Positions 22,282 through 33,373 of a stretch of DNA of 64,000 nt are shown here, one piece after another. A program made the position numbers and the translations under genes. The notes beneath the pieces are model-generated. The model was given only the letters and a program-made list of their open reading frames with translations, made no database searches and was not told the DNA's origin. The stretch covers positions 62,001 through 126,000 of the forward strand of contig BAAIJX010000003.1 in NCBI GenBank assembly GCA_054600435.1. The letters are read 5' to 3'. Origin of the DNA: Neophaeotheca triangularis. Lineage: Eukaryota. How positions within the stretch are numbered: the stretch's first letter is position 1; the number at the start of each line of letters is the position of its first letter.

Positions 22282-23790
22282 ATGTCGGACAGTGAGAAAG
22301 ACGCTGTGCAGATAGCAAACATGTCAGACAGCGAGCAAGAAGACGCCGTAGTAGCAAAGGCAGCCGCCAAACAAGCCCGCAAACTGCAAAAGAAGGAAAA
22401 AGCGACAAAGAAAGAGTCGCGGAAGGCCTCAAAGAAGGGAGATGAAGTTATCGACGACAGCGATAGCGACAACAAGAGCAGCAGCAAGAAACGCAAGCGC
22501 TTCACCGACGACAAGTCCGCCGAAGGTTCCGATTCCGACGACGAGAACAAGCTCGAGATTGACATCAATGCCGCCGAGCCGCCCTCGAAGAAAGCCAAAC
22601 GTCAACTGCTCAAGGACCAAAAGCGAGCCCAACGCGCCGCAGCCAAACAAACCACCACTGCAGACTCGACCTCCCAAGCCGTAGAGCCAACTAAACCCGC
22701 CCCTGCACCCGCCTCCCAAACCACCCAAAAGAACGGCGCCGCTTTTGGAATCTGGATAGGAAACCTCCCCTGGAGTGCCAAACAAGAAGACATCCGCCAA
22801 TTCTTCACGGAAAAAGCCTCCATCCCAGCAAACGCAATAACCCGTTGCTACGCCCCACCACCACGAGCCGAAAACGTTGACCCCAAACGCGCGCTGAAAC
22901 CACAAAACCGCGGCTTCGCATACGTTGACTTCAGCAACAAGGAACTCCGCGACAAAGCCATCGAGCTCTCCGACACCCTCCTCAACGGCCGCAAAGTCCT
23001 AATCAAAGACTCCAAATCCTTCGAAGGACGACCAGACGCCCACACGACTGCTTCCACCACCACCAACCCCGGCGCTCCCAAAGCTGCCGGTAAACCCCCT
23101 TCGCAACGCATCTTCGTCGGCAACCTCGGGTTCGACATCAGCCGCGACGACCTCCTCACGCACTTCGCCCAAGCCGGCGAAGTCGAAGACTTGCACATGG
23201 CAACTTTCGAGGACACGGGAAAATGCAAGGGCTTCGCATGGGTGCGGTTTAAAGAGCTCGAAGCAGCGGAAGCGGCAGTACGGGGTTTCATCCGCAAGCG
23301 CCCCGACGACGCCAGCGACTCTTCCACAGATTCGGAAGATGACAGTGGCAGCGGCAGCGACGACGAGGGCGTTCACCCGGAGCGCAGGAAACGGAACAAA
23401 TCCGCGCCAAAGCAGAAATGGTACATCAACCGCCTGCACGGCCGGCAAATGCGATGCGAGTTCGCCGAGGACGCGCAGACGCGGTATAAGAAGCGTTACC
23501 ACGCCAACGCACCCACCGACCAGAAACCAGCCGATCGCCGTCGTCCCGCTCCGACCGGTGATGAGGGTGACGAGACCCATGGCCGCGGCGGGAAGATGAC
23601 TACAGGCGACTGGGCGGCTAACGGCGGTGGTAAGGTTAGGAAATCGGGGGATAAAGAGCAGCGCCGTGCGGAGAGGGCGAAGAGGCATATCGATGCTAGA
23701 AGCGTCAAACCCGGTGCCGCGTTGGCGGGAGCTAAGCGCAATACCGGAGCGATTGTCGAGGCTGCGGGAACGAAGAAGACATATGATTGA
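22282..23790 (+). CDS. NOP13: Nucleolar two-RRM RNA-binding protein (Nop13/Rnp24-like)
   Basis: 502-aa ORF with LEIDINAAEPPSKK, RRM1 IWIGNL...NRGFAYVDF, LIKDSKSFEGRP, RRM2 IFVGNL...CKGFAWVRF and C-terminal PGAALA...G.K. Confidence 0.85.
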   Translation: MSDSEKDAVQIANMSDSEQEDAVVAKAAAKQARKLQKKEKATKKESRKASKKGDEVIDDSDSDNKSSSKKRKRFTDDKSAEGSDSDDENKLEIDINAAEPPSKKAKRQLLKDQKRAQRAAAKQTTTADSTSQAVEPTKPAPAPASQTTQKNGAAFGIWIGNLPWSAKQEDIRQFFTEKASIPANAITRCYAPPPRAENVDPKRALKPQNRGFAYVDFSNKELRDKAIELSDTLLNGRKVLIKDSKSFEGRPDAHTTASTTTNPGAPKAAGKPPSQRIFVGNLGFDISRDDLLTHFAQAGEVEDLHMATFEDTGKCKGFAWVRFKELEAAEAAVRGFIRKRPDDASDSSTDSEDDSGSGSDDEGVHPERRKRNKSAPKQKWYINRLHGRQMRCEFAEDAQTRYKKRYHANAPTDQKPADRRRPAPTGDEGDETHGRGGKMTTGDWAANGGGKVRKSGDKEQRRAERAKRHIDARSVKPGAALAGAKRNTGAIVEAAGTKKTYD

Positions 23791-24914
23791 GTAGGAGAGG
23801 GCAAAAGGGAGTAAGGCATGTGAGAGGTGTAATGCAAGTGTAGCATGCGCCTGCGAGATTCCTCCCCTATCTTTGAGCGCGCGGTTCGGCTCACTCACGT
23901 TTACTTCAGACGAGAGATTTTTGGAAAATAGATAAATTTCCTCCTTCTCAGCGTGATACACGCAAATTCGTATCCTCCATCGTCTGGTTCCCAGTCGCAA
24001 TTGCATCCCACGGAAGCCCACCGTGACCGCGAAAGCATCACTACAAACCCCCTTCCCAACAGCCAGCCATTACGCACCGTACAAAAAAAAGCTATCGTTC
24101 CCTCCAACAGCCAATGCATCCCCCACCCTCCCTACCTTACCATACCGCCCATGCCCGCGACACTCCCCCCCCTAATATCCTCATCATAGCAACGATCGCG
24201 CCTCACAGTCCAACCCAACCATATCTTCCAGCACAAGCCAAGCCCAGTAACTCGAGCGCCACCCACCTCCACGAATACCTCCGCAAGTCTCGAGAAGAAC
24301 CCAAAAGGCGTCTTTGCCTCCCCACGGCACCTACCTAGGTCGACGTTGTTTTCAGACGAAAACCGGGCGTTGTTAGCGGGAGCAGTAGCTCTGGCGTCAG
24401 GCGAACCTTTGGGGCTGGGGGCTCGGGGGAATGTGTAGTGTGTTGGTGTCTCGGCGGGCGTGGATTTTATCTAGTCTTGTGGTCCTTTTGATTTACCGAG
24501 TCGGAGGGTTGTGGATGAAATGGAGGTGTCGAGGGTCGGGTTCTGGCTTTTGCTTGATTCGCTTGAGGGGGTTCGCGAGCTGGGTTCGATTGGGACGTGG
24601 GGATTTGGCCAACGGTCTTCACTCGGACACTGTTCCGGAATGAAGGTCATGGGCGCGGGTAATTGAATCGGACGGAATTTTCGCAGGCTCGAGGAAGATC
24701 TGCGAGGTTTGTTGCGGGTACGTTCGTTTGAAGAGGATTTGCGGGAAAAGCGGATCTTTCCCGGTCTGAGTTGATCAGGTTTTTTTGATATCTCATACGT
24801 TTCGTTCTATCGTACTAGTCTCAAAACCACCCATCTCAGCCAAGAAAAGTGATATAAAAATTCGTTTCGGTCGCTAAGGTGTCAAAGCCCCTTCCCCCAT
24901 CATCCCGAACCCAT

Positions 24915-25452
24915 CTATTTCTTCTTGGGCCCCAACATAGGCTCCCCAATATTAGTCCCCGTCAACCTCACATTCGCCGCCTTCTGCAGCTTCAGCAGCG
25001 CGTCCATGGGCGGGAACTCGGACCCGGCCTTCTCCAAGTCAGCGACACTCTTGACATCGACGTTCGCTTTGACGGCCAAATCTTTTTGCGTCATGGTGTT
25101 GCCCTTTTGGTTCTTGAGCTTCGTCCGCGCTTGTTGGAGAGCTTTGGCGACTTCGTCGGGAACCTTTTTCGTCGCCACGGGACCGTCGGCGCGGTCGACT
25201 TTGGTTAGGCGTTGGCCTTCGGGATTGGCGCTGGCCTTTGCTTCGGTTAGTTTGGGTGGGGAAGGGGTCCAGTGTGGTGAGGGGGCTACGTACATTCGCA
25301 GTCGAGTACTTCTTCTCCGTCCCCGTGACTGCTCCTGAGCGCTGGGCGGCGTTGAGTGCGCTTTTGCCGCGGATGGTGGTTTCGCGCTCGGATTGGCCGG
25401 GGCCGCGCACTTTGCTGCCGATTTTGGTTACTGAGTTCCAGTCGTCGGACAT
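24915..25452 (-). CDS. MBF1: Multiprotein bridging factor 1; one intron near 25292-25237
   Basis: [12 protein letters not shown]...[10 protein letters not shown]...[14 protein letters not shown] and HTH region MTQKDLA...ADLEKA. Confidence 0.95.
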
Positions 25453-26721
25453 GGTTGCTGTTTGGCGGTGGTGGTGGGGTTGTGATGGGTGCTGGGCGAT
25501 GGAACTAATGCTCTAGAGGTGTTGAGTAGGCGGCAATGGAGGTCTTTATCTGCCGTGAAGGTGGGTGGCGAAGATTTTGTCGAGGTTGAGTTGAGATGAG
25601 AGAGGTGAAGGTGGTCTCGTGCTTGTGGCCGATTGGGATTTGTTCGTTCTGGCTGTGACTGAGCGGATGTTGTCACCTTCCTCGCTACGCTTTCCGTATG
25701 TGGTCGCCGCTTTCTATGACGTTCCACGGCTCTTATGTCAGTCAGCGTGGTGGCCTCAGGCATGAAGCCATAACGACATCTCAATCACATTGGTGGTATG
25801 TTTTCGAATTGCTTAGTTTGACATGGCTCCTAATTGTCAAAAATTGACTACTATAATAGGCCATATGTGAGCCCCCAGTTAGCGCTGCCTTCATTAATCG
25901 AGTCAAGACTAGCCTCGAGCAGAGGGAGTGTCAGGACTCTACCAGAGTAAGACGGCGACAAGGAACTATAACAATACCGGCAAGATTATCTGAGAGCATC
26001 TCCAGTGTGCGATCTCGAAACTTCCACCTCTGTCATCAAAAACCTTACGCTCGTGAAATTGCCGGAGAACGTTTTCACCGACTTCGGATTCCAGACATGG
26101 TTCTTTATCACCCTCGCGAGCCATCAAACGACCTTTTCCTCCAGTCCAAACCACAGCAAGTCCTCCTTTTGCCGGGTTTCGCACTGGATTCCTCAGTTCA
26201 GATGCGATGCCTAATTTTGAGTCGACAGCACACTTGTGCCTTCTCCCCAGCTCGTGGGCTGGCCCTTTCTCTTCTCCCAAAGCTATCAAGCCCCATCAGC
26301 CGCTTAGCTGTGCCCCCTCGCATGGGCTATGATTATGATGTCGATCCAATAGCCTGCGCAGCTGCTATTTCGATGCTTTAAACGGATGTGCTCGGCTTGC
26401 GATGCTTCATAGCTACGCATCCCACAGTCCCTTCCGAAGTCACATAGTTTCGTACATATCGAGGCTTTCTGTCGGCCCTTGCAACGTCGTAACGTCGGTA
26501 AGGAGATGTTGCAATAGTGTATCGTATTGGGTATGGTCTCGAGCCTGACGCAGTCTTTGCAGTAGAGTAACTTGCAAACTTCGAGTACGCAGACGCAAAC
26601 ACGGCGCACCTGATGCCGGAGGCCAAGAGGTCGGTGAGTATTGTTTAGATGGGGTGAAAGCGATTTCCGCCCATGATCGATAGTCTTCGGGAAATGCTAG
26701 CGGATTGAAGCCAGGACTGAT

Positions 26722-27980
26722 TCAGTAAGCAGGGCTCTCATAGGCGACTGTAGGCTCGTTGGAATTTTGCTCCCATAGACTTCCATGATACACTAATTCG
26801 GACGCTTTGCTGGAATCGGAGTGCATAGCTGCAGCAGGAGGTTTTGTGGCCTGTAGCAGCTGATGATGCGGTGATTTTTCTTTCTTGATGCTGTTAGATT
26901 GTTGTCAGCTACTGGAGGTTGGATCTTGCTCGACGCCATATCACAAGGGTCCATGGTTTGAAATGTGAGTGCGGAGATTGACAAAAATGGGCGTCTTGCT
27001 AGGTAGGTGAAAAGAGAGCGATTCGGTCTTACCTGGGATCACCGGTGGGAACCTGCTGTTCAGCGATGGGTGCGCTCGTTGGAGCGTCCTCGGTTATTCT
27101 AGGATCCAAAGCACCGGCCAGAGACTGTTGTGGTTGTTGTTGCTGCAACACCGGGTGTAATGGAGGCACGCCCTTGTCCGACTCGGTCGGGGAGCTGTGA
27201 CTGCCAACGGAATTGCGCCTGCTTGGCTGGTTATTCGGGTCGTTGCTAGAAAGCGTTAGTCTAGCTCCCTCCATTCTCCTTTGTCTTTTTGAGACTAGCT
27301 CACTGTCGAGCGCGATGTCTGTTCAGCAAGTCTTCGCGGAAGAACGATCTGGTGCAGCCCGGCATCTCGCAAGGGAAAGCGCCGGGCTTGTGGTTTTGCT
27401 GGTGTCGTCTGTGGAGTAATCGTTAGGACTGAAGAGCTTGCTTTACACGATTCAGCTGGGATAGCTTACCTCAAATGCTCGGCTCTTGTATATGTCTACA
27501 GCAATTGTCAGCTAGACGAACATGCTGCATTGCGCCCCGACAAAAGGTGGAGCAGAGCGAGGCGACCGTCGACTTCAAGATCTTATACCGTTGCGCAGAC
27601 GAAAACCCGGTGTTCTCTGGCTAGATGCGGTGTTGGAGGAACATACCTTGTCACACACCTCGCATCTGTGAATGCGCTGGCCTTTGGTAGCCTTGCTAAC
27701 CCGACCCGACTTGGTGTATCTGATAGATGCAGTGCTATCGGGTGATGCGATTACTTGTTGAACATTTTCGAAAGGTCCATGTTGGGTGTTGAGTGCCGGT
27801 GGCTCCGTGTTCTGAGCATTGGCTGGGCCTCGGCTAGAGTCGATTTGTTCCAAAGGGTAGTTGGGAATGTGGTCAGCCAGGAAGTGCGGTTGTTCGGTAC
27901 TGCGCGTGTGTTGGTCGATGTGTAGGTTTGCAGCAGTGGCGGACTGCTGGAGAGCAGCGGTCGCCGGAGTGTCGGCCATG
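26722..27980 (-). CDS. C2H2 zinc-finger transcription factor with four introns; 3' end uncertain
   Basis: RYTKSGRVSKATKGQRIHRCEVCDK | TYTRAEHLR | RHQQNHKPGAFPCEMPGCTRSFFREDLLNRHRARH assembled through canonical introns (first 27646-27496). First in-frame stop after the fourth intron is at 26724-26722. Confidence 0.8.
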
Positions 27981-28891
27981 ATGCCGCTGGGTGAGAGGGT
28001 GTAAATCCAACCTGGCAAGGCACTCCCGTCGAGGAGGGACGTGGGCGTGAATCTGAAGATTGAGGCTCGATAGGGTGCGATTGGAACCCTCGATGTAGAG
28101 TACAAATAAGCGTGATGAGGTGCAGATGCTCCTAGGCAGGTACAAGTACCTGAAGTACTGAAGAGGTCAAAGTGGGGGCCAGAAAGCGTTAGGAGGCCAA
28201 AGCTGACAATGGCTGCGATGGATGCCTCATGATAGCAAACCCGTCACAGAGTCCGAATGCCGGTCGATCTGGCTAGGCGGGCGGTTTTGCAGGTACTACC
28301 CAATGGACCAGCTTGTTGCGGCCTTAGATGCTGAGGTGTCGCCCGTTGTTTGAAGTCTGGAGAGTCATTGGTCGTGTAACTTGGGAGGAGAGGTACCGCG
28401 TGCGGAACCTTATAATAGTTGTATGTGGAGAAGACGGGACGGGACGCGGGTACTCGCTATAGGCAGGTTTAGGGTTGGGATTGGGGTAAGCTTTCTACTC
28501 ACGCCTCAACAGTGGAAGTCTCGCTTCCACATTAATTTTGGGAGATTGTGAAAAAATACCAGGTCCCAGATCCATAATGAGTGCGATTCTGACAGAAATA
28601 AACAGATATACCTTCCAACTGGTTATTATTACTTATCTCCGACGTTACTATATAGCATCAATCAATCCATCCATCTTGTTAAAACCGCCGAAAGCGGCTT
28701 CACTCTGCCAAGACTATAACCCTACTCCACTTTACCATCCCGACCTCATGCTGTATCTTGTGGTGCCGAAGACAACCAATAGCTGGACTTACCTCCCATC
28801 TCCCAGTAGACACATCTCAGTGTCTTCTTTCACTGTCCCACAGAGCGTACAGCCGCTCTGATGCAGCCAGTAGTCTCCCAAGCCTATCATT

Positions 28892-30254
28892 ATGGTGAGG
28901 CTGGTCGACCTGGACCAAGAAGATGGCTCCAACCCGGACCCAAACAGCCTGATCCATCAAGTTGGCAGACCAGCAACACCGACACCAACAACTGAAGATG
29001 ATAGACCAAACCCCAACGTCGGCAGCTTCTCAGCCGCTCTCGCGTGCTATCCGTAAGTTACAGGCTCGCCCCCGACGCCTCTCTCTTTCCTCTGGCCCAA
29101 CATACATCAAACGGGTGGCAACCCAAAGCCTTCTAACAAAATCCACAGCATAGCCTCGCAACTGGCATCGTATCTAGACTTGAACAGCCTCCACGAGCTA
29201 TCGCGAACATGCCGACAGTTCCGCGCCAACCTCTTGCAGTACCGCTCGCAGCTAGTGGCCCAGTCGATGCGCTGCGAGAACGAGTTCGCGGACCACGCCC
29301 ATCTACTCGCAAATTGTTTCCGATCGAGTCGAGATGCTTGGACGACTTATGGTAGAACCGGTCAGAAGATCGATAGAATCACCAGTGGCAAAGTGGGCGC
29401 ATGCGCTCGAGATATGGTTGGCGAATGCAGGAAATGCAATAGGGCGGTTTGCAGGGTACGTTCTCGCCGCTCGTATCGATCCGTAACATCTTCTAATGTT
29501 TGTCTCTCAGAACTGCATCGTCAAGAACGCCGCTCCTGCGGTGATCAAAGCAAGGCACCGGCGCCTTTGCGCCACTTGTATGAAGTGCGACGTCGATCAT
29601 CTGACGCGCAGCACGGCCGAACGAGGCTTGGAACTTTTGTCATTCCACTCACCGTTCACTGACAGTGGGTATTCTGAAACGTTGGCATCTCAAAGCCCAA
29701 TCGAAGAAGGTGACGAGTCCCACAAAGTCTTCGTACGCTCCCCGTGCACATGCGCGGAGCAAGTTTGGATCTGTCAGCCTTGTGGTCAGACGGCACGCGC
29801 CAACGATACCACCTATCTGCGCGGTTGGACGTGGCGAGGCCGTTACTCGACTTGCGGAGGTATAGGTGCGGGTATTGGTGAAGGCCTCGAGGGTGTCAAA
29901 TGCGGCCGTGGTAGCGGATGTCTCGCGGCAGTCAAGATCTACAAGGAGATCGAATGCGATGCAGACGAGTTGGCCAATTTCGAAGCCGAGATGGAGAAAG
30001 CGGAGCTCGATGGGCGACCTCGGTCTGGATCCAGCTATACGACGCAGGAGATTGTTGGCATAGGGGGGAAGGTCAAGATCAAGGCCAAGAAGAGTGTGCT
30101 TGTAGGGGCGGAGGTTAGAGAGTACGAAGATGAGAGAGCTACGGGGAAGTTTATGGTGAGGGAGCAGACCGGACAGAACCGGTCATGGTGCTGTTGGTGC
30201 GAGCGAGTCGTCTTGTCGATGCGCGACATTGACGGCAAGCTCGGTTGTCTATGA
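28892..30254 (+). CDS. Fungal Cys-rich protein with F-box-like N-terminal motif; introns 29053-29148 and 29456-29510
   Basis: YP|IASQLASYLDLNSLHELSRTCRQFR, CARDMVGECRKCNRAVCR|NC, RHRRLCATC, CTCAEQVWICQPCG and RSWCCWCERV, with canonical splice signals. Confidence 0.8.
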
Positions 30255-30463
30255 TTGACTTATCGGACTCGACTAGCTCACCGGAATTGCCGTACGGACG
30301 GCTCTCGATCGCACTACACCAATGTGAGAAAGCGTGTAGCATGAACGGGGTCTCTCTCACAATGGCTCTCTCCATCATCAGATTACAACCTGGGTATCTC
30401 AATGCAGCAGAGAAAATTACAATCGAGGACCTCCTCAGCCAAAACCCCCCAACAGCCTTGACA

Positions 30464-31934
30464 TCAAAACAGCGCCCAAACTTCAGCCCGCCGCTCCCTG
30501 ACCCAATCCCCCCAGCCCTCAGCCGTAACCCTCCTCCCCCTCTCCTTCTGCAAAGCCAGGCGACAACAGTCCACAAACTCCTGCGCCACCGACATCCTCA
30601 ACGCACAAACCGGATCCCTCCTCGCAAACCCCAACGGATCACCCCCTTTGACCGCCTCCCTCAGCATAAAAACATTTTCCCCACAAGCAGCCGCATACGG
30701 CGACCCTCCTATCACAACCGCCAACAAGGTAATCCCCAAACTCCACACATCGCTCGCAAAGCTCGGCCGGCTGAGCTCCTTATCCAGCACCCGCATCTGC
30801 TCGGGCGCCATAAACTCCCACGTGCCACCGGCATTGCCCACCCCGGCGCCCTCGCCCGCCACAAACGAAGCCGAGAAGTCAATATACCGCGCCCTCAGCA
30901 GCGGCACGGGCCAAGAGTAATGGTCCTCGACATGGAGCAGGACATTGGCGGTCTTGACATCGGCATGCACGACGCCGGAAGCGTGCAAGAATTGCAACCC
31001 GCTCACCAAATCCTCGGCCAGTTTGGGGAAGATGGCGACGAGTTCGCGGTGGCGCGACTGCTCCGTCATGACGGCTAGCCGCCGCGTGAGCGCTTCGAGC
31101 GAGCCGCCTATGATGGCTTCGAACACTAGGGAGCCTGTGCGTGCGTCTTGGCCTAGGAAGGGGACGAGGTTTGCGGCGCTGTTGGCGTTGCGTTGCAGGC
31201 GTGTGAGGATCTGGGCTTCGTGGGTTAGGATCGGGGTTGCGTCGCGCCGGCTGGGGACTTTGATTGCTAGGAGGCTTGGACGGGGTTTGGAGGGGGTGAG
31301 CGGGGGTGTGGTGGTGGTGGTAGCGGTTGCTGCTGCGGTGGTCCGGGATTGCTGCTGCTGCTGCTGCTGCTGGGTAGGGAGGACTGGGCAACTGGCCGGC
31401 TCGGCCAAGTAGACAGTGCTCCAGAGACCGGTGCCTAGCACTTTGGCCCGGGAGAGCTCATAGTCCAATTTCGCAAAGTCGTACTCAGTGACGCGCTCCG
31501 CACAGCTTTCCAACGGCGAGACATGGCTCATATCGGCGTCGTCGGGGTCTGCAGTCTCGAGCCGCGTCGGCGTCGCGGGCGGCGTGGTGATGGCAGCTCT
31601 GCCATCCGCCGAGAAACTCTCACCAGTCGAAGTCGCGGCCGCGCCGCCACCACTGCCACTAAAGCGCCGCTCCTCGCTCCTCTGCACGAGCGCGTCAGTG
31701 AGGCGATCGCTCGACTTCAGGCGTAGAGGCGAAGGGGGCGAGGCGGCTGGGCTCGGAAGCGAGAAGTGGCTCGAGCCCGGTCGAGAGAGCGGTTGGGCTT
31801 CGCTGTGAGTGCGAAGCATGGGAGAGGGCCTGCTGGTCCTGCGTCTGGAGTTGCTGGCGTTGGGATCCGCGCTCGGTGCTGGGGAGGTTCGGGAGCCGAA
31901 GGGCTGCGTGATGAGTCGAAGTCTTGACGACATG
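30464..31934 (-). CDS. Ser/Thr protein kinase (non-RD, DFS variant)
   Basis: LGTGLWSTVY, LAIK, VVHADVKTANVLL, YIDFS, GTWEFMAPE and SDVWSLG. First ATG in the ORF at 31934. Confidence 0.9.
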
Positions 31935-32786
31935 TTTTGATAAGTAGTAGCTTTGGCGGTCGCGTTCTCAAGTCGCGCTTGGTAGGGAGGCTTTTTGAGC
32001 AGCTTCGAATCCAAGCCCACTATTCGAATCCAAGCTCACTATCTTACAAGGTCTAGCGAGGTGTAGTCCAGCAGAGTCATACAAATTCACAGCTGCCAGA
32101 CGACTCCTCCGAAGCAAGCCACAAAAAGGCTTTATAGACGGGTATCTGACATGCGTAGCGAACACCGTCAGCTCGAAAATGGAAACAGAAAAACACACCC
32201 GTTCTGATGAACAACTTGGCCAGTCTTATGATTACTATTATACTCATCTAAACTAGCCATCATCATCATCATGCTAGCGTCGGCTAGTGCGCCGCTCAAT
32301 CTATCAGAAAAAGGAATCAAGGTCTGTCTTCGGGGGGTCGAGTGACGCAGAAGTCAATCCGATCCTCTGGTGTTGGGTGTGGGGACTCCAATGCTGTCCC
32401 AAGGTTTGATTGCTGCTGAGAAACCTCAAAACAGTAAAAGTTACTTGACCTCGATAAACGCGGGGCCCCTTGAGGTTGATTGTGACCGGCTGACCTGGAG
32501 TTGGACTTTAGACTTGAACCTACCAGCTTCGAGCGGGTTCGGAGGGTGTTGAGAGGATCGCGTAGACGCTGACTGGTAACTACCGTCTGTCTCCTGTCGT
32601 GTAACTCCCAAGTCCGCAAACTAGACTTTCGTAATTATTATATCTTTACCATCTCGAGAGAGAGAGAACGGACCGCGGGCTCTCGAGAGCTAGCCGTACT
32701 TCCAGGCGAACGGGTCCATAAGCGTGGAGTAACTTTGACAGATGGTTGGCCACTTTTCTTCTTCTCAGCCCGAGCTTCGCTCACAC

Positions 32787-32870
32787 ACTACTATTACTAC
32801 TACTACTACTATTACTACTACTACTACTATTACTACTACTACTACTATTACTACTACTACTACTGCTACT
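32787..32870. repeat. (ACT)n microsatellite with an 18-bp higher-order unit (ACT)5ATT
   Basis: Seen directly; intergenic. Confidence 0.95.
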
Positions 32871-33373
32871 TACTGCAACTACCTCCTACACCTTAATCAA
32901 CGCTCAAGCGCCGAATACAATATTGCTCCTAGCTTTAATTCTTTTTCAGTGTCATGTTCGACTCGATAGAATTTGTTGTTAGGCCTCTTTCTTCTTACAT
33001 AGAAGTCGAGGTCTGATCGCCAAGGTAATTGGGAATAATATCACCGAACATCGCTTATCTTTGACACAAGCGAGCCAAGCGAGCCAAACTTCGAAGCCGT
33101 TCCGCGCCGAGGCGGGCGATAGGAGGGTCGGTCGAGGTTTGACGGCTTGAGCGTCTTCCTTGTACGTTCTCTTGCTGCAGTTTTACTAATCAAATGTCTG
33201 TCGTGTATCGTTGAAAGTTCGAACAGATGTTACTCAACAGCCATGGTGTGTGCGGGATATTGTTCGCTACGTACACGGTCGTAAGTCATTCAAGCTCAGC
33301 ATTTACTTTCCATTCGCCAGCCGCATATCTGTGCCCTTCCAACAGTATATCATCCCTCCACGTCACACTCTCT

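Noticed and set aside
20340..24021. Long opposite-strand ORFs (20340..21188 +, 22999..24021 -)
   Set aside because: Shadow ORFs of the GC-rich Iec3 and Nop13-like genes.
32742..32982. Poly-Thr and poly-Leu ORFs
   Set aside because: Translations of the (ACT)n microsatellite.
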